A stretch of DNA of 64,000 nt, taken from Eledone cirrhosa. Taxonomy: Eukaryota. Location of the stretch: assembly GCA_964016885.1 (NCBI GenBank), contig OZ024742.1, forward strand, positions 111,476,001 through 111,540,000. The letters run 5' to 3'. The notes under the pieces are model-generated. The model ran no database searches and had not been told where the DNA came from. It saw nothing but the letters and a program-made list of their open reading frames with translations. The position numbers and the translations under genes were made by a program. Below, one piece after another: positions 27,601 through 40,365 of this stretch (position 1 is its first letter; every line of letters starts with the position of its first letter).

Positions 27601-28699
27601 GTTATCAACTTGCTGACTGGCGCGAAAAAAACCCGCCAAAACACTGCAGAATGGTAAGAATTAAATGTTGTTATGCCGCATTACCCAGGTAGAGGAGCCG
27701 GTTCGGTTACTATATTGCCTCTCAATGCTTCTTTCATGGGACCGAAAAGGTAGTCGTAAGGAGGGTGCGGCAGGGTTGTCCACCCGAATGGGGGATTACC
27801 TCCTTTGTCCTGATGCTCGTGTAAGGTCTTGCCTTCTCGTGTTAAAGAAGAAATTTATTCATCTCCAAACCTGCTCTTACTAGTCGAATTCTTGCTTTTA
27901 GTTATTTTCCTGTCTCAATATATGCTTCAGAGTTAATTGTTTCTTGTCTTGGTAAGACATCAATAATAATTGAATATCCCAAACGACAATCGCCATAGTT
28001 TTTCTGGCTGACCTTTGTGCCTTGAACTTTTGGGTTTTTGGAGGCGTTGAGTGACGCCATTCTATCGATTGCCTTTTTGGCTCAGGTTGCTAATGATGAA
28101 TCCACGTTTCATCACTGGCTTCCATTGAAAGTTTTGTCGCTGACGGAATTCAAGTAACTCAGTGCAGCAGTTAGAACTTTCAGTCTTGTGCTCAACTGTG
28201 AGTTGTCTTGGTACCCAACCGGCACATACTTTTTAAAACCTAAAGGAATCAACAATGTTGTGAGCACTCCAATGAATTACTCCAAGCTCTAATGCCAATT
28301 TAGCAAGGGTTATGCGGCTATCAGCTCTGATTAAAGCGTTTGCGTTTACTTTGTTGGCAGGCTTGTCAGAGCTTGACTGGTGGCCAGCCCGAGGGTTTGT
28401 TTACTAAGATTGCAGTCTCACCTCTTCGTCGTTCAGACAACGAGCCCATCTACGCACATTGCTATAGTCTAAAGCATCACGTTTATATACATTGCTTAAT
28501 GTTAAGAGGGGTTCATCCTTCTGCATCAAATAATTACTGCTCTTTGCTACTGACGGACGTCCAAAAGAGCGGTCATCTTAGAATCAATTCAGTCACTGAT
28601 ATGGATATATGCCTTTACCTTTGTGTTAAATGTCAACTCGTTCTATAAAAAATGAGCCTGCTATGAGAAAAAAAAAGTGATACGTCTTTGACTGGTTTT

Positions 28700-29570
28700 C
28701 GTACTTGACTGATGACCTGATTATTATCATCAAACCTGTCTGTATGTTATTTTTTTGCTCTGAATCCAGGTTTTTTTGCTCCTGTTGTATACAATTGTTG
28801 CCGGAGGTTTATCATCCATGTTTGATCAAAGTCAATAATATCAAAGCCTGCTGTTTTAGATTTCCAACATCAATACGCTTCAGTGTTTTGATCCCACACA
28901 TACGAGTCTTTCTCCGAACATGTAACTTAAACTTCCCCCGAACCAACTTATGGTCCGTGTTGCATTCTACACTACGCATAAGACACACGTTACAGATATC
29001 ATTCAAATCGCATATCCGGGTTATTATGGACTCTATCATGTGGCCATCATTTGACCTTGGGTGTATCCAGGTCACTTTACTCTTCTTTTTCTGGCGGAAA
29101 TATATTGCAAATAGCCTGGTTTAGTTCCGAACGGAGCTCAAGTAGCTTCAGACTATTTGCATTCATCTTACCGATACGGTAATGGCCAAAAACGGTTCTT
29201 ACTTTCCAGCAGCAAATATTGAGTTTCACTCAATTTTTCATAAATGTTATACTATATCTTTGACTTATTTTCTTTTCCTGCTCGAATGATCCGCCGATGA
29301 CCGCGGTAAACAACCCAACGTTGATTTTACAGGCAATTTTCAATGCACCATTTCTAGCACCTTCCCAAGAATTAGAGTGAGCAGTGCTCTCCCTAATACG
29401 GCTGCTCAGTCACAGGAGTCTCCACAGGAGTTAACCTATGTAACAGGAAGACACAACAACGATGTTATGATAAGACCCCTTCCACCTCAGTGCAGATTTT
29501 CAACTGTGTTTCCAAGTGGTCAGGTCTGCACATGTCACCACTCCTCCATTACGGTAGGACTTTCAGTTCA
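28700..29570 (-). mobile_element. RTE-BovB-like LINE 5' fragment (APE endonuclease)
   Basis: GKMNANSLKLL...TWIHPRSNDGHMIESIITR...ECNTDHKLVRGKF matches the RTE endonuclease signature. The 5' boundary is approximate. Confidence 0.75.
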
Positions 29571-29837
29571 TAACATGACAGATGAGAAGATCATAAAAGA
29601 TACATCACTGGATTATTGTGGCAAATGTTTGTGCTACACGAGCATCACTCTCTAAGTTTCAGTGATCATTATCTCATGATAAGCCAAAGCCACAAGACCA
29701 GTTATCACATCAACCACTGTTTTTATTTCAAACTTTCTCTCTTTTAGAAAGACACTGTAACATCAGTTCCGGGCCCTTCACTACCAGTGCATATAATTTA
29801 ACTCATTTGTGGGCCACGGCACCTTTAAAAGAGGATT

Positions 29838-31975
29838 ATGGCTACAGTCTGGCTGGACTACAGGAAAGCTTTCGATTCTGTTCCCCACTCTTGTATGATA
29901 GAGGCCCTCCAACTTGCTAAAGTCCCAGACATTATTATCAGAGCCATAGAGAAGCTGTCTTCTTCTTGGGCTACTATCCTAAGGTTAAAGACAGAGAGGG
30001 AGGACTCTATTTTCAATGATAAAATAAAATATTGCAGGGGTATATTTCAGGGTGACAGTATTTCTGTGATATTATTCATCTTGTCATTAAACCCCTTGTC
30101 CTTTCTGCTCAAGAAATGTGAGGGATACATCATTGGCTCACAGGAGGACAGAAATACGAATCTAACCCATAATTTCTTTGTGGACGATCTGAAACTCTAT
30201 GCCAAGAACATGGATGGGATGAAGAAAAATCTTGGCCTGGTTACAACGTTCTCAAAGTATATAGGAATGGAGTTTGGCCAAGATATATGCTCATATATGA
30301 CTGTAAAGCGGGGAAAAGCAACAACCCAATCTAGCAACATTGTCATCAATGGCCTAACTGTTTCACCGATATCCGATGAGGACTGCTACGGATACCTGAG
30401 GATAGATGAGAACATATCCTATAATGGTATCTGTAATACAGGACGCGTAACCAGGAAATACTACACCCGATTAAGAAAGATCTGGTTATCAGAACTCTCT
30501 GCGCAAAACAGAACAGTGGCTCACAATGTGTTTGCTGTGCCTGTCCTAACACCAACATTTGGAATACTGAATTGGACGATAGATAAAATCCGAGCAGTTG
30601 ATGTTGGAACTCGAAAAATACTAAACAACACCGGAAACTTCCACATCAACAGTGACATATACCGCCTTTACTTAAAACGTAAGCAGGGAGGCAGAGGCCT
30701 AACATCAGTCCAGACAACATTTGAATGTCGCATCATATATCTCCGACAACATCTACGAAAGTCGAAGCGTAGGAGCCCGTTTCTCGAGCAAGTCTATCTG
30801 CATGAAACAGATAAGATCATGAGAGTTGGTAAGGAACTCCTCGAGAGATATTCCCTGTGTGATAATCAAAACCTCACACCCAGGGAAGTCGCTCAGCAGT
30901 ATCACAGTCAATCCATGGATGAAAAACTGCATGCTTATCAGCAAACAATCATGCATGGATATGTTGCCAGGAAGCTCCAGAGAGAGAGTAACATGGATAA
31001 GGAAAGTAGTCTATCTTGGACCAACAACCGCTATATTGGCTCCCACTTTAAAGGATACGCTTTTGCAATCCAAGAACAGTAGATTAACACGAAATACCTG
31101 ATTCACAAAAGAGATAGGAACGCAGGCAAAACACCAAGATATGATAACAAGTGCAGACTCTGCGGAACTAACATCGAAGATATCACATATGTCATCAGCA
31201 GCTGTCCAAAGATGTCTTCGCGGTACTATCTACCTATGAGGCATGATATAGTGACCAAAACACTGTACAATGCAGTTCGTAAAAAAGATAGCCCCGATAT
31301 TAAAGACATTAAAAGCTACAGCAATCTGGAAGACATCAATGTACATAATATGAAAGAGTACTGGTGGAATGTTCCAGTAAAAAAACCAATAAAATTCAGG
31401 CATAACAGACCAGATATTATGATATGGGACATGGAGAAGAAAGCATGCACAGTAGTGGAAATTAGCTGCCCAGCAGATGCCAATATAATATCAAAGATTA
31501 GCGGAAAGGAGAATATGTATGCAGAACTGATGAGAAATCTGCAGATACTCCACCCTGATTACACCTTCATATTTATGCCTATGATTCTTGAGGCACTGGG
31601 GTATGTTAGTAACTGCCTCAATACAAATCTTGAGAAGCTAGGCTTCACGGCGAACATAAATAACACAACCAGTTAGGAAATTACAAGTACAATCCATTTA
31701 ATGGAACAGTAGAAATATGTAAAACATTCCAAAAATTTGGCATCTAATAACTGCATATACACATGTACAGATAAAAAGCATATACACATGCACACATACA
31801 ACTCAAAACATACACAACCACACATACAATAACATCCATACCTACACATGCAAACATGCAGACATAATCTACCTAGTTGATGTTGTGTAAATTCCAATAA
31901 GAGAGTCCTGTGTCTATGTTAGAAACCGACTCTCTCTCTATTGAAAACAATTTGTGAAATTATAAAACCAGATGA
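29838..31975 (+). mobile_element. 5'-truncated R4-clade RLE retrotransposon (family X) ending in (CATA)n
   Basis: WLDYRKAFDSVPH, GIFQGD, FFVDDLKLY, GGRGL, CRLC..C, RHD, RPD, EISCP. One TAG at 31080 and a late frameshift. 3' UTR matches 61053-61280 (minus). Confidence 0.92.
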
Positions 31976-32421
31976 ACATACATACATAGAAGCATACATG
32001 CCTGCATACATACATACACACATATATACATACATACCTACATACATACATGCAGGAACCACAAACGTTTAACATTTCTATGTCTCTTAAGTATTTCAAA
32101 TCTACTCTAAGTTTCGATATGTTGGAATGTTATTCACATACCTAGGTTATCAATATAATTCCTAATTTAGATGGAATTGATAGTGAAATGTTATTTGGTT
32201 CAATGTCTAGAGCACTCAGTCGGAATTTCAGGTGGCTGGATTTTGATTCATGGTAATGACCTCCTACCACTTTTATTCATCTATAGGTGGACATTACTCG
32301 ATTATTTAAGGTCTGGTTACTTGACTATCATTACATTCTGCACCTGAGATTGCTCCAACTTCGAAGTATTTCTAATCTAAGAAGTGCTTTGGTTCTTTAT
32401 ATATATATATATATATATATA

Positions 32422-33265
32422 TTGTTATTATTATCTCGCAACTAGCGGACTAATGAGAGTAAGCTAAACAATTTTCACTTTTTTTTTTATTGTATTTTGT
32501 TTTGATATGCGCTCTAATTCCTCCAATTAATTTTATCTCACTCATTTAAGTTGTGAAATAGACTGGCTTACGCACGTGGTTCCCGCAATACAACTCGATA
32601 CTATATATTGCTGTATAATAGATACTGGCATTTAATGTCCTTTAAAGGTTCTTGGCACTACCATTGTTACTATCGCTTTCCTCTAGCCATGGGTCTTGGA
32701 GACATAAGCCGAATGCTACAATTCTATTATACATCGATGTGGGACTGCTATTTCTAATAACCATCTTTTCACCTCTGATTAATTTGTTTGAGACACGTTG
32801 GCTGAGACTTTTGACGGGAACGAAAAGATTTGTTTCCTATTCTCCCGCACCACGTAAAGTTTGTAAATCGGTGGCTGGTCGAGGGACAGAGTTGTATCGG
32901 ATTCCAGTTGCTAATGACTTTACTGTGTCGGCCGTCACAAACAGTCATAGCCGGCATGGGCTGGGGTTGGTATTATGTCGATCGATTGGTTATTGATTAG
33001 GCGATACCCGCTGATGAAGCCACATACGCCGATTATGCATTGCTGCATAATATATGCTGACGGAGGGTGCAGTGCACCCTACTGCTGCTTAAGTGTGACC
33101 GAAACTCAAGTCCGAGAACTATTATAGGCACCCGTTTTACGTGAGTTGTATTGAAGCGAATAACTATGTGTATACTCTGGGAATGTGTCCTACATTGCCC
33201 ATTGAGTGCGCTGAGATAAAACCGGTCCTGGCATTGATAAATATGCTGGGTCCGTCAACTCCTTA
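32422..33265 (+). mobile_element. (TA)n-flanked non-coding element with a hammerhead motif (Penelope-like terminus)
   Basis: Bounded by (TA)n at ~32398-32421 and ~33266; contains the ribozyme motif at 33007-33116. Confidence 0.55.
33007..33116 (+). ncRNA. Type I hammerhead ribozyme motif with long stem II
   Basis: CCCG-CTGATGA (33011)-AGCCACAT...GTGTGACC-GAAAC (33101)-TCAA-GTC-CGAG. Short stem III; stem I has one mismatch. Confidence 0.65.
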
Positions 33266-33266
33266 T

Positions 33267-33332
<66 letters not shown>

Positions 33333-33900
33333 CGTGTGTGTGTGTGTGTGTGTGAGGGTGTGTTCGTGTGTGTGCGTATGATAGTAATGTTTTTTAGTTT
33401 AAATATATGCAATTGTTAGACTTTGTTTACACAAGTTACTAGAGAGGAATGAAATATTACCATGGATATTTGTCTCTATTATATGTCTTAATGTTTTCTA
33501 GATATCACATAGGCATTGCTATATGCATTTGAAATTGTAGGTCACACAAAATGCTAAAACATTAAATATATTCGCATATACTATGCAGCTTCAAATGGAG
33601 GAAGATTTTCCTGAAGTAAATATGATTAACAAAATATATTTGTAATAAATAACGTGATGGAGCAAACTGTTACATCTTTCTGTGTCTCGTAACAATACAA
33701 CATGGCGCTCTCAATAAGGATAGTGGTATATAATATTTTGAATAGAATCTTTTATTATATGCACGCGACTATATTTAGAATTGTGAAGCCAATTTCATTG
33801 TGTTTTGTATTCTATTCAATTGCCAATGCATCATGAATGGATATAGGTTTTAATCAAATGTGACATACATTTTTTATCTTATGCCTTCTAAATAATTACG

Positions 33901-33901
33901 A

Positions 33902-33965
<64 letters not shown>
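33901..33965. repeat. (ATT)n tract, read as the (TAA)n tail of the adjacent Dong-like copy
   Basis: Seen directly. Confidence 0.95.
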
Positions 33966-33966
<1 letters not shown>

Positions 33967-34202
33967 TTTGAGTCTCAGTCATTGATGTTAGTTAACTGGA
34001 AAGTTTGTTGAAATGAATATCAAGCCACTACCTGCAGCCTCAGATATTCAGGACGTATCGGAGGGTTCTTGCTGTTCCCAGCAAGCATGCCTTTTGAGGC
34101 CTTCCAAAAAGCGTGAAGGGGCCAATTTTCTTTAACCATCCGTGGAAACTTTTTGAGATAGTCCCTAGTGCGCCTATGACAATTGGGACCACTTTGACTT
34201 CA
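33966..34202 (-). mobile_element. Severely 5'-truncated Dong-like (R4 clade) element
   Basis: EVKVVPIVIGALGTI...QKACLLGTARTLRYVL plus 3' UTR, near-identical to 40366-40602; flanked by (TAA)n on both sides. Confidence 0.9.
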
Positions 34203-34449
34203 TTGTTATTATTATTATTATTTTGGCCGCACATGTGTGAAGACAGACAAGTCTGCGGGGGAAAAGATTCGTAGCTTTAAGCTGTTTTAAAGTGTCTTTT
34301 TTTTGTATTTTCTTGTCATTAACGAAACTTAAGGTACAGATCTTGATTTAAAGAGAGGGATACCTCTCAATATTCGGACTTTAAGCCCGAATATTCAGAT
34401 TTATTTTTAAAATCTTCGAAAAAAATCGCTTCCCCACCAAAAGAAAATT

Positions 34450-36427
34450 ATGGAAATTTTCGACCTTGAAACGGTAAACAACGTTCAGGTCAAAAGTTTA
34501 AAGGCAGCCACTGCAGATTTCACCACGACTACGACGGCTACAGTCATGCCTGTCATCCACTCTACTGAATGTGAAGGCAAAACTAAAAAGCTACCATCAC
34601 AACCTTCTGGCATAGCAGCAGTATCATCTGAAAACGACATCACCACGACCGCCACCACCACCACCACCACAACAACAACAACTCAGAGCAATAACGACAA
34701 AAACACCGACAGCTTCAATGTAAACAAGGATGGCGGTGGCAACAGCAAGACTGACAACAACAACAATAAGAGCATCAGAAACACCACATTTGCTGCAGCA
34801 GCAGCAGCAAAAACAAAGCGCTTATTGAATATCGATATTGATATTAGCGATAAAGACGAACAGTTGGCCAAAGCGTGGAGGCTAATTAAACGGGAGAAGT
34901 CCTGGGCAAACCTGACCATCCCGGACGAGGCAATAGCGGCCATGCAAAGGAGGACGGTGCTCTTTCGATGTATTTCGGTGCAGACACGAAAAGTGGAACT
35001 TGCGAGCCAAGCAGAGGTAGAGGCTGTTTTGGAGTACATCGGAAGTAACATAGAGTACAAAGCAAGAGGCAAACAGTTCGGTACCATCTCGGTACTGTTC
35101 AAATCCGAGGCCCTCACTATTAAGCACTCGGTGATCCCCTGCAGAACGGAACGCATTATCATGCATCCGTCCTATATGGTTAAAAGGACAGTGAAGGTAC
35201 GCATTCCCAGCATCCCACCAGGAATGAACATATGGTGGCTGCTGGGATGCGTAATCGAGGAGGGGACAGACACCACCCTCCTGGACATCAAAATAACAGA
35301 GAGAGAAGACTGGTCCGGAATGGATTTGGAGATTCTTCTCCAAATGAAACCGGAGGATATAAATAACATCCCAGATTTTGCCCGCCTGCAGGACGGGACA
35401 ACAATCCAACTAATGATTGACGGAAGAGGGCCACGCTGCTTCGTTTGCGGGGAAGCAACGCATCTTCAAGCCTTCTGCCCTCATCGCAAAAATGCAGGGG
35501 GTCGCAAACCTCCTTTGTTGCCAATGCCAGTGTCGGCACGGAAAGCTGCACCACCAACACCACCAAAGACAACATCAACAAAAACACGGACACCAACATC
35601 AAAAGCAGCCGGATCACCACCAACACCAAAACCAATCCAAGGAGAAAACGAGGAAAGCTCTCCCACTCCCCCTACCCCCCCCCCATGTACATAGACAAAA
35701 AAAAAATAAACGCACACACAGACACAGAGACATTCACAGACACAGACCCTTTGTCTTCCAGCAGCGAAGATGAAAGAAAACCCAAAAGTGCAAAAAAAAC
35801 AGAGAAAACTCACAAAAAAAAAAGCCCCTACAAAACACAAAAACACACACAACAAAAAATACAGACACCACTAACGCAGACACTTCCCCAATAATATCAT
35901 CACCATCAGCAACATCGACACCACCTTCACAATCCCCGAAACGCAAACAACCTAAACAAACACAAGTACAAATAAACACACAAATACCTGAAATTGCAGA
36001 CACCACACCTACAACAAACATAGACATACCCGAAACAACACCACCAAAACCATCGCCACCACCTTCACCAAAACGAAAACAAATAAAACCACACCAACAA
36101 AATGTTAAAAACTTCGTGCTTGTCAGAAGGGCCAACGATAAACTGATGGCCCTCTTAGCGTGAAGCGAGGAACTTCAAACAGAGGGGGAGATTTTTGAAA
36201 TGAGTACATTTTGCGTGCCAGAAGATTTGCTTCTGGTCCGAATGTCACTCAATTCCTTCAAAGAAATTCGAGAGAGCTTTCCTCAAGACGTGGGAAACCC
36301 GAATGTGAAACCCACATCAAGACTTTTAAAGGGGTTCCCAAAAGAAACCCCACCAACCATGAAGGTCGAACCACCCGACCTTCACAAGACCCGGGAGGTA
36401 AGTAAACCTTCCCCCTCTCTCTCTTAG
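34450..36427 (+). pseudogene. Tx1-like ORF1 (gag-like, CCHC zinc knuckle, long Pro/Thr/Lys-rich region), interrupted
   Basis: 414-aa open part with CFVCGEATHLQAFC. Frameshifts at C/A homopolymers (~35680 and ~35790-35825) and an in-frame TGA at 36161. Confidence 0.85.
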
Positions 36428-36436
36428 CTTACCAAT

Positions 36437-39400
36437 ATGGCCATATTAAGAGTAGGAAGTTTAAATGTTCGCGGCCTGGGGTCACCCTGGAAGCAGGGTC
36501 GCCTGCTCAACGACCTCCGGTCGCTGGAAATGGATGTGATTGCCGTAAGCGAGACCAGAATTTCCGACACGCGTGCACTAGCCGCCATTTTCGACGACTA
36601 TCAGATCTTCGCATCTGTTAGCATGCCGGGAATGGGGGGTGGGGTGGCAGTGCTGTTTAGGAAAGGACTGGATCTCGAGGTAAGGTCGATCTTCCGGGAC
36701 CCGGACGGTAAGTTGGTGGTCTTGGATGTGAGCAGTAGCGAAGGTGGTGCCTTTAGACTGCTGGCCGCCTAGGCCCCTACGGGGGCCGGACGACCTGACT
36801 ACTTTAGGCGCCTGGAGACCTTTCTGGGTACGTCTCGCCCTTTACTGTTAGCGGGGGACTGGAATGGCATCTTAGACGCACGCTGGGATTGTGTGGGAGT
36901 AGCCGATAGGAGCGGGGGGTGCAAAAGCCTCAAGCACCTACTCAGCCAGTTCCAACTGTCTGACAGGTATCGACTAGATTTCCCCAATGTGCCAGTATGG
37001 ACATGGACCAACCGAATGGGGTCATCTAGATCGTATATAGACAGAATCTTCATTAGGAAAATAGATAGAAATAGTGTGGGCTGTCCACTTTTTAAAACGG
37101 TCGCCTATTCAGATCACAAATTTGTGATCTGTACGGTCGACCTAAATAAAACGCGTAGGTTAGGACCGGGTTACTGGAAGCTGAACCTGTCATTTTCGGC
37201 ACGTAAGGCTTACAGGGACCGAGTCAATAGGTTAGTTAAGCAAAAGTTGACAGGGGGGATCATCAACAACAGATGGTGGGGGACTCTCAAAAGAGAGATT
37301 AGAGTAACTTCGATAGAGTTCAGCAAAGAACTAGCGTTAGAGAAAAATAGAAAGGAGGGGCAGCTGGTAGATAAGTTAGACGAGGCTATTTGTAGTGGCA
37401 TCGCAACTGACGTGCTAGCGGCGAGAATGGCATTAGACCATTTCTTCAATGCCAAACACGAAGGTTGCATTCTCAGAGCTAAGGCGCGTGCGCTGAGAAA
37501 CGAGGGAACTAAAGCTGTTCGATGGGCCCGCGTGGCGGAGGCGCAGCGTGGTAATAAAACCACAATTCGTTCTTTGGCGGACCGAGACGGACACGAGATA
37601 AGCGATTCCAAGCGGATGTGTGAGGCCTTTCGCCAGCACTTTGCTCGGTTGTTCGGGGAGAGTGGCGAGTCAGAGAGAGTAGCGGATTTCAGTCCCTACC
37701 TTGACGGCTTGCCGCGCATCTCGACGGTCGACGCTGAGCGCTGCGAAAGGCCGATTACTTCAGCCGAAATTCAGGACGCCCTTGTCGGCTGCATGAGGCG
37801 CAAGTCACCCGGCTTGGATGGCCTGCCCTACGAGCTTTACGTAAATATGCCAGACTTGTTCTCCGAACTCCTCGAAGCACTCTACTGTAACTGGCAGCAG
37901 AATGGGAGTATTCCAAGTTCTGTGAGCAAGGGAGTGGTGACGCTGATGAGGAAAGACGAGAACAAGAGGGATACATTAGACAACTTCAGGCCCATAACTC
38001 TGCTCAACACAGAGTTTAAGATTTTGGCCAAGGTGTTAGCAAAGAGATTGGCGCTTGTCGTCGAGGATTTGGTTGGGGAGGTGCACAATTGCGCAATCCC
38101 AGCCAGGTCCATACACGACAATCTACACCTCATGCGATACATCATAGAGAGGGTAGGGTGTAAACCTGGCTTCGGTGGGGCACTGATCAATCTAGATCAA
38201 TCGAAAGCATTCGATAGGGTCGACCATCGGTATCTGGAGTTTGTCCTCAAAGCAGCTGGCTTCGGCCCTGTCTTTAGAAGCTGGATCGTTGCAATGCACA
38301 GCGGCACACGCTCGGTGGTCAAGGTTAATGGCCACCTCTCGGAACCATTTCGGCTCTCCCGATCGGACCGTCAAGGGTGCCCTCTCTCTTCACTTCTGTA
38401 CGTATTGACTCTCGAGCCTTTACTGCGGAAGCTGGAGCTGTTGCAGGACATCCTGCTCGAACCGGGACGTGGAAAGGCGGTGTCGGCTTATGCGGACGAC
38501 ATCACCGTGATGGTGTCGAACACCTCAGAAATCGAGGTGGTCGGCACCTTATTGAAGGAATATGAAAGGTTGACAGGAGCCAAACTTAACACGGAAAAGT
38601 CTGTGGGCTTGCAGCTCGGAACCTGGAGAGGCAAGCCCATGCCGTCCAAGAGCATCGTGGGGCGCTGGACGGACGGACCAGTAAAGTTGCTCGGGGTTTG
38701 GTTCGGACCAGACCTCCAGGTGGAAAAGAATTGGGACGAGGTAACGAGCAGAGTAGCCAGTCTCACCCAAAAATGGGCCGGGAGGAAGCTATCACTGAAA
38801 GGTCGCGCGGAGGTGGCGAATGCGTACATCGCGTCCGTCATCTATTACCGCCTAACCGTCGTGCCTTGCCCCCGTCTGCGCCTCGTCAAGTTGGAACGGC
38901 TCCTCTTCAAATTCTTGTGGAGGGGACAAGTTCCGTTGGTGAGGCGGTCCATCTGCTGCCAGCACCCTCTACGCGGAGGGCTGGGCATGCTGTGGCTAAT
39001 GATGCGCAGACATGCGTTGAGGCTGCGACATCTCCAGATATTCTGCCTCAATGGTGAGCAGGTGTGGTCGCCGTTTATCAGACGGGCCTTTCCGCAGCTC
39101 ATTTCTTTGACTGAGCTGCAGTCAAGGGTCAAGAAGAGACCGGGACTGGGTGACTGGCACCTGGAATGTTGCCAGGCACTCACTGCCCTCTACCAAGCGG
39201 GCAATGCGATCAGTGGAACTTCCACTCTCGAGTTCTATAGAGGATTAGTCGTGGGCAAGTGCGATGACGCACTCGGAGAAGCTTTGGGCCTCGACGAAGT
39301 CGAATTGACCAGTCTGTACCGGAGGACTTTTGAGCCGGGGACGATGGACAATTTCCAGAAATCCCTCGCTTGGCAGTGCTACCGGGGGGCACTGCCGGTT

Positions 39401-39859
39401 CGGGATAAACTCTACAGGCACGGAAGTGCTGTCAGACGGACCTGCCCAAGATGCGCACAGAACGACGAAACCGTTCTGCACGCACTTGTCCAATGTCCGT
39501 GCATTACTGACTTGTGGAGTTATGTCGAACAGCTACTATTGCGTGTGGAACGAATCCAGTTATCGGCCGAGTCCATAGTGAAGATCGAGCCGCCACCTTC
39601 CTTAGGTCAGGAAGAGCAGGACATTTTCCTCTGTCTGGTGGCAGTTACGAAAGAGATTATATGGTGGACCAGGTTGAAAGGACTAAAGACGGACACTTTT
39701 CTCTTCGGCCAATCCCTCATCAACTTCTTCAAGTTTCACCTGGAAAGGAGGGTGAGGGTGGAGAGAGAAGTGCTGCCTCCCAGTACATTTGCTAAAAGGT
39801 GTGTGAATGTGGCGAGAATGGCTCGTGTGAATGGGCCTATTCTGACCATGCGCCTATAG
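36437..39859 (+). pseudogene. Tx1-like ORF2: APE endonuclease + reverse transcriptase + C-terminal zinc-binding domain (1140 codons, one in-frame stop)
   Basis: SLNVRGL, SET, GDWN, SYIDRIF, SDH; KSPGLDGLP, LDQSKAFDRVDH, RQGCPLS, YADD; CPRC..HALVQC. The only frame-breaking lesion is TAG at 36770 (TAC in the 1377 copy). Confidence 0.95.
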
Positions 39860-40173
39860 GCTAGCTAACTTGAGGAGAGGGGTGCTCTCCTGGGTGCCCT
39901 AGAAGCGCAGGGTGGTTCAGGATTGGTGGGGTACCCGAATCACGACAGGGTCGTCCACCCCCTATCGGGGAATTTATTTTGTTATATTTTGCATAGTCTA
40001 TTTTATATTTTATACTTTCATTGTTAAATTAGTCTTGCCATTGTGCACTTTTACTCGACCTTATTGTAAACCCCCACTGTCCCTGTCTTTGTATTGTCCC
40101 CTACATGTCGGCCCTTGTGGCTAATAAATGAAATCATTATTATTGTTATTACTACTATTATTATTATTCTTTG

Positions 40174-40353
40174 GTGGTGAATTGGCAGTATTGGTAGAGG
40201 GTCAGACATGCTTTCCAGCGTAGTTACGTCCCTTTACGATCTGAGTTCAAATCCCGCCGAGGTTAACTTTGCCTTTCATCCTTACGGGGTCGATAAAATA
40301 AAGTACCAGTAATACACTGGGTAATTGCTGGCCTTGTGCCAAAAGTAGAAACA
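40174..40353 (+). mobile_element. tRNA-derived SINE inserted at the Dong tail junction
   Basis: Family sequence with B box GAGTTCAAATCC; flanked by the direct repeat TTATTATTCTTTG (40161 and 40358). Confidence 0.9.
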
Positions 40354-40365
40354 ATTATTATTATT

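Larger units (their letters stand above)
34223..40135 (+). mobile_element. Full-length Tx1/L1-clade LINE inserted in (ATT)n
   Basis: 5' UTR, ORF1, ORF2, 3' UTR with AATAAA and ATT tail. Probable TSD ATTGTTATTA.TA.TATTATT at 34202 and 40142. Confidence 0.95.
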
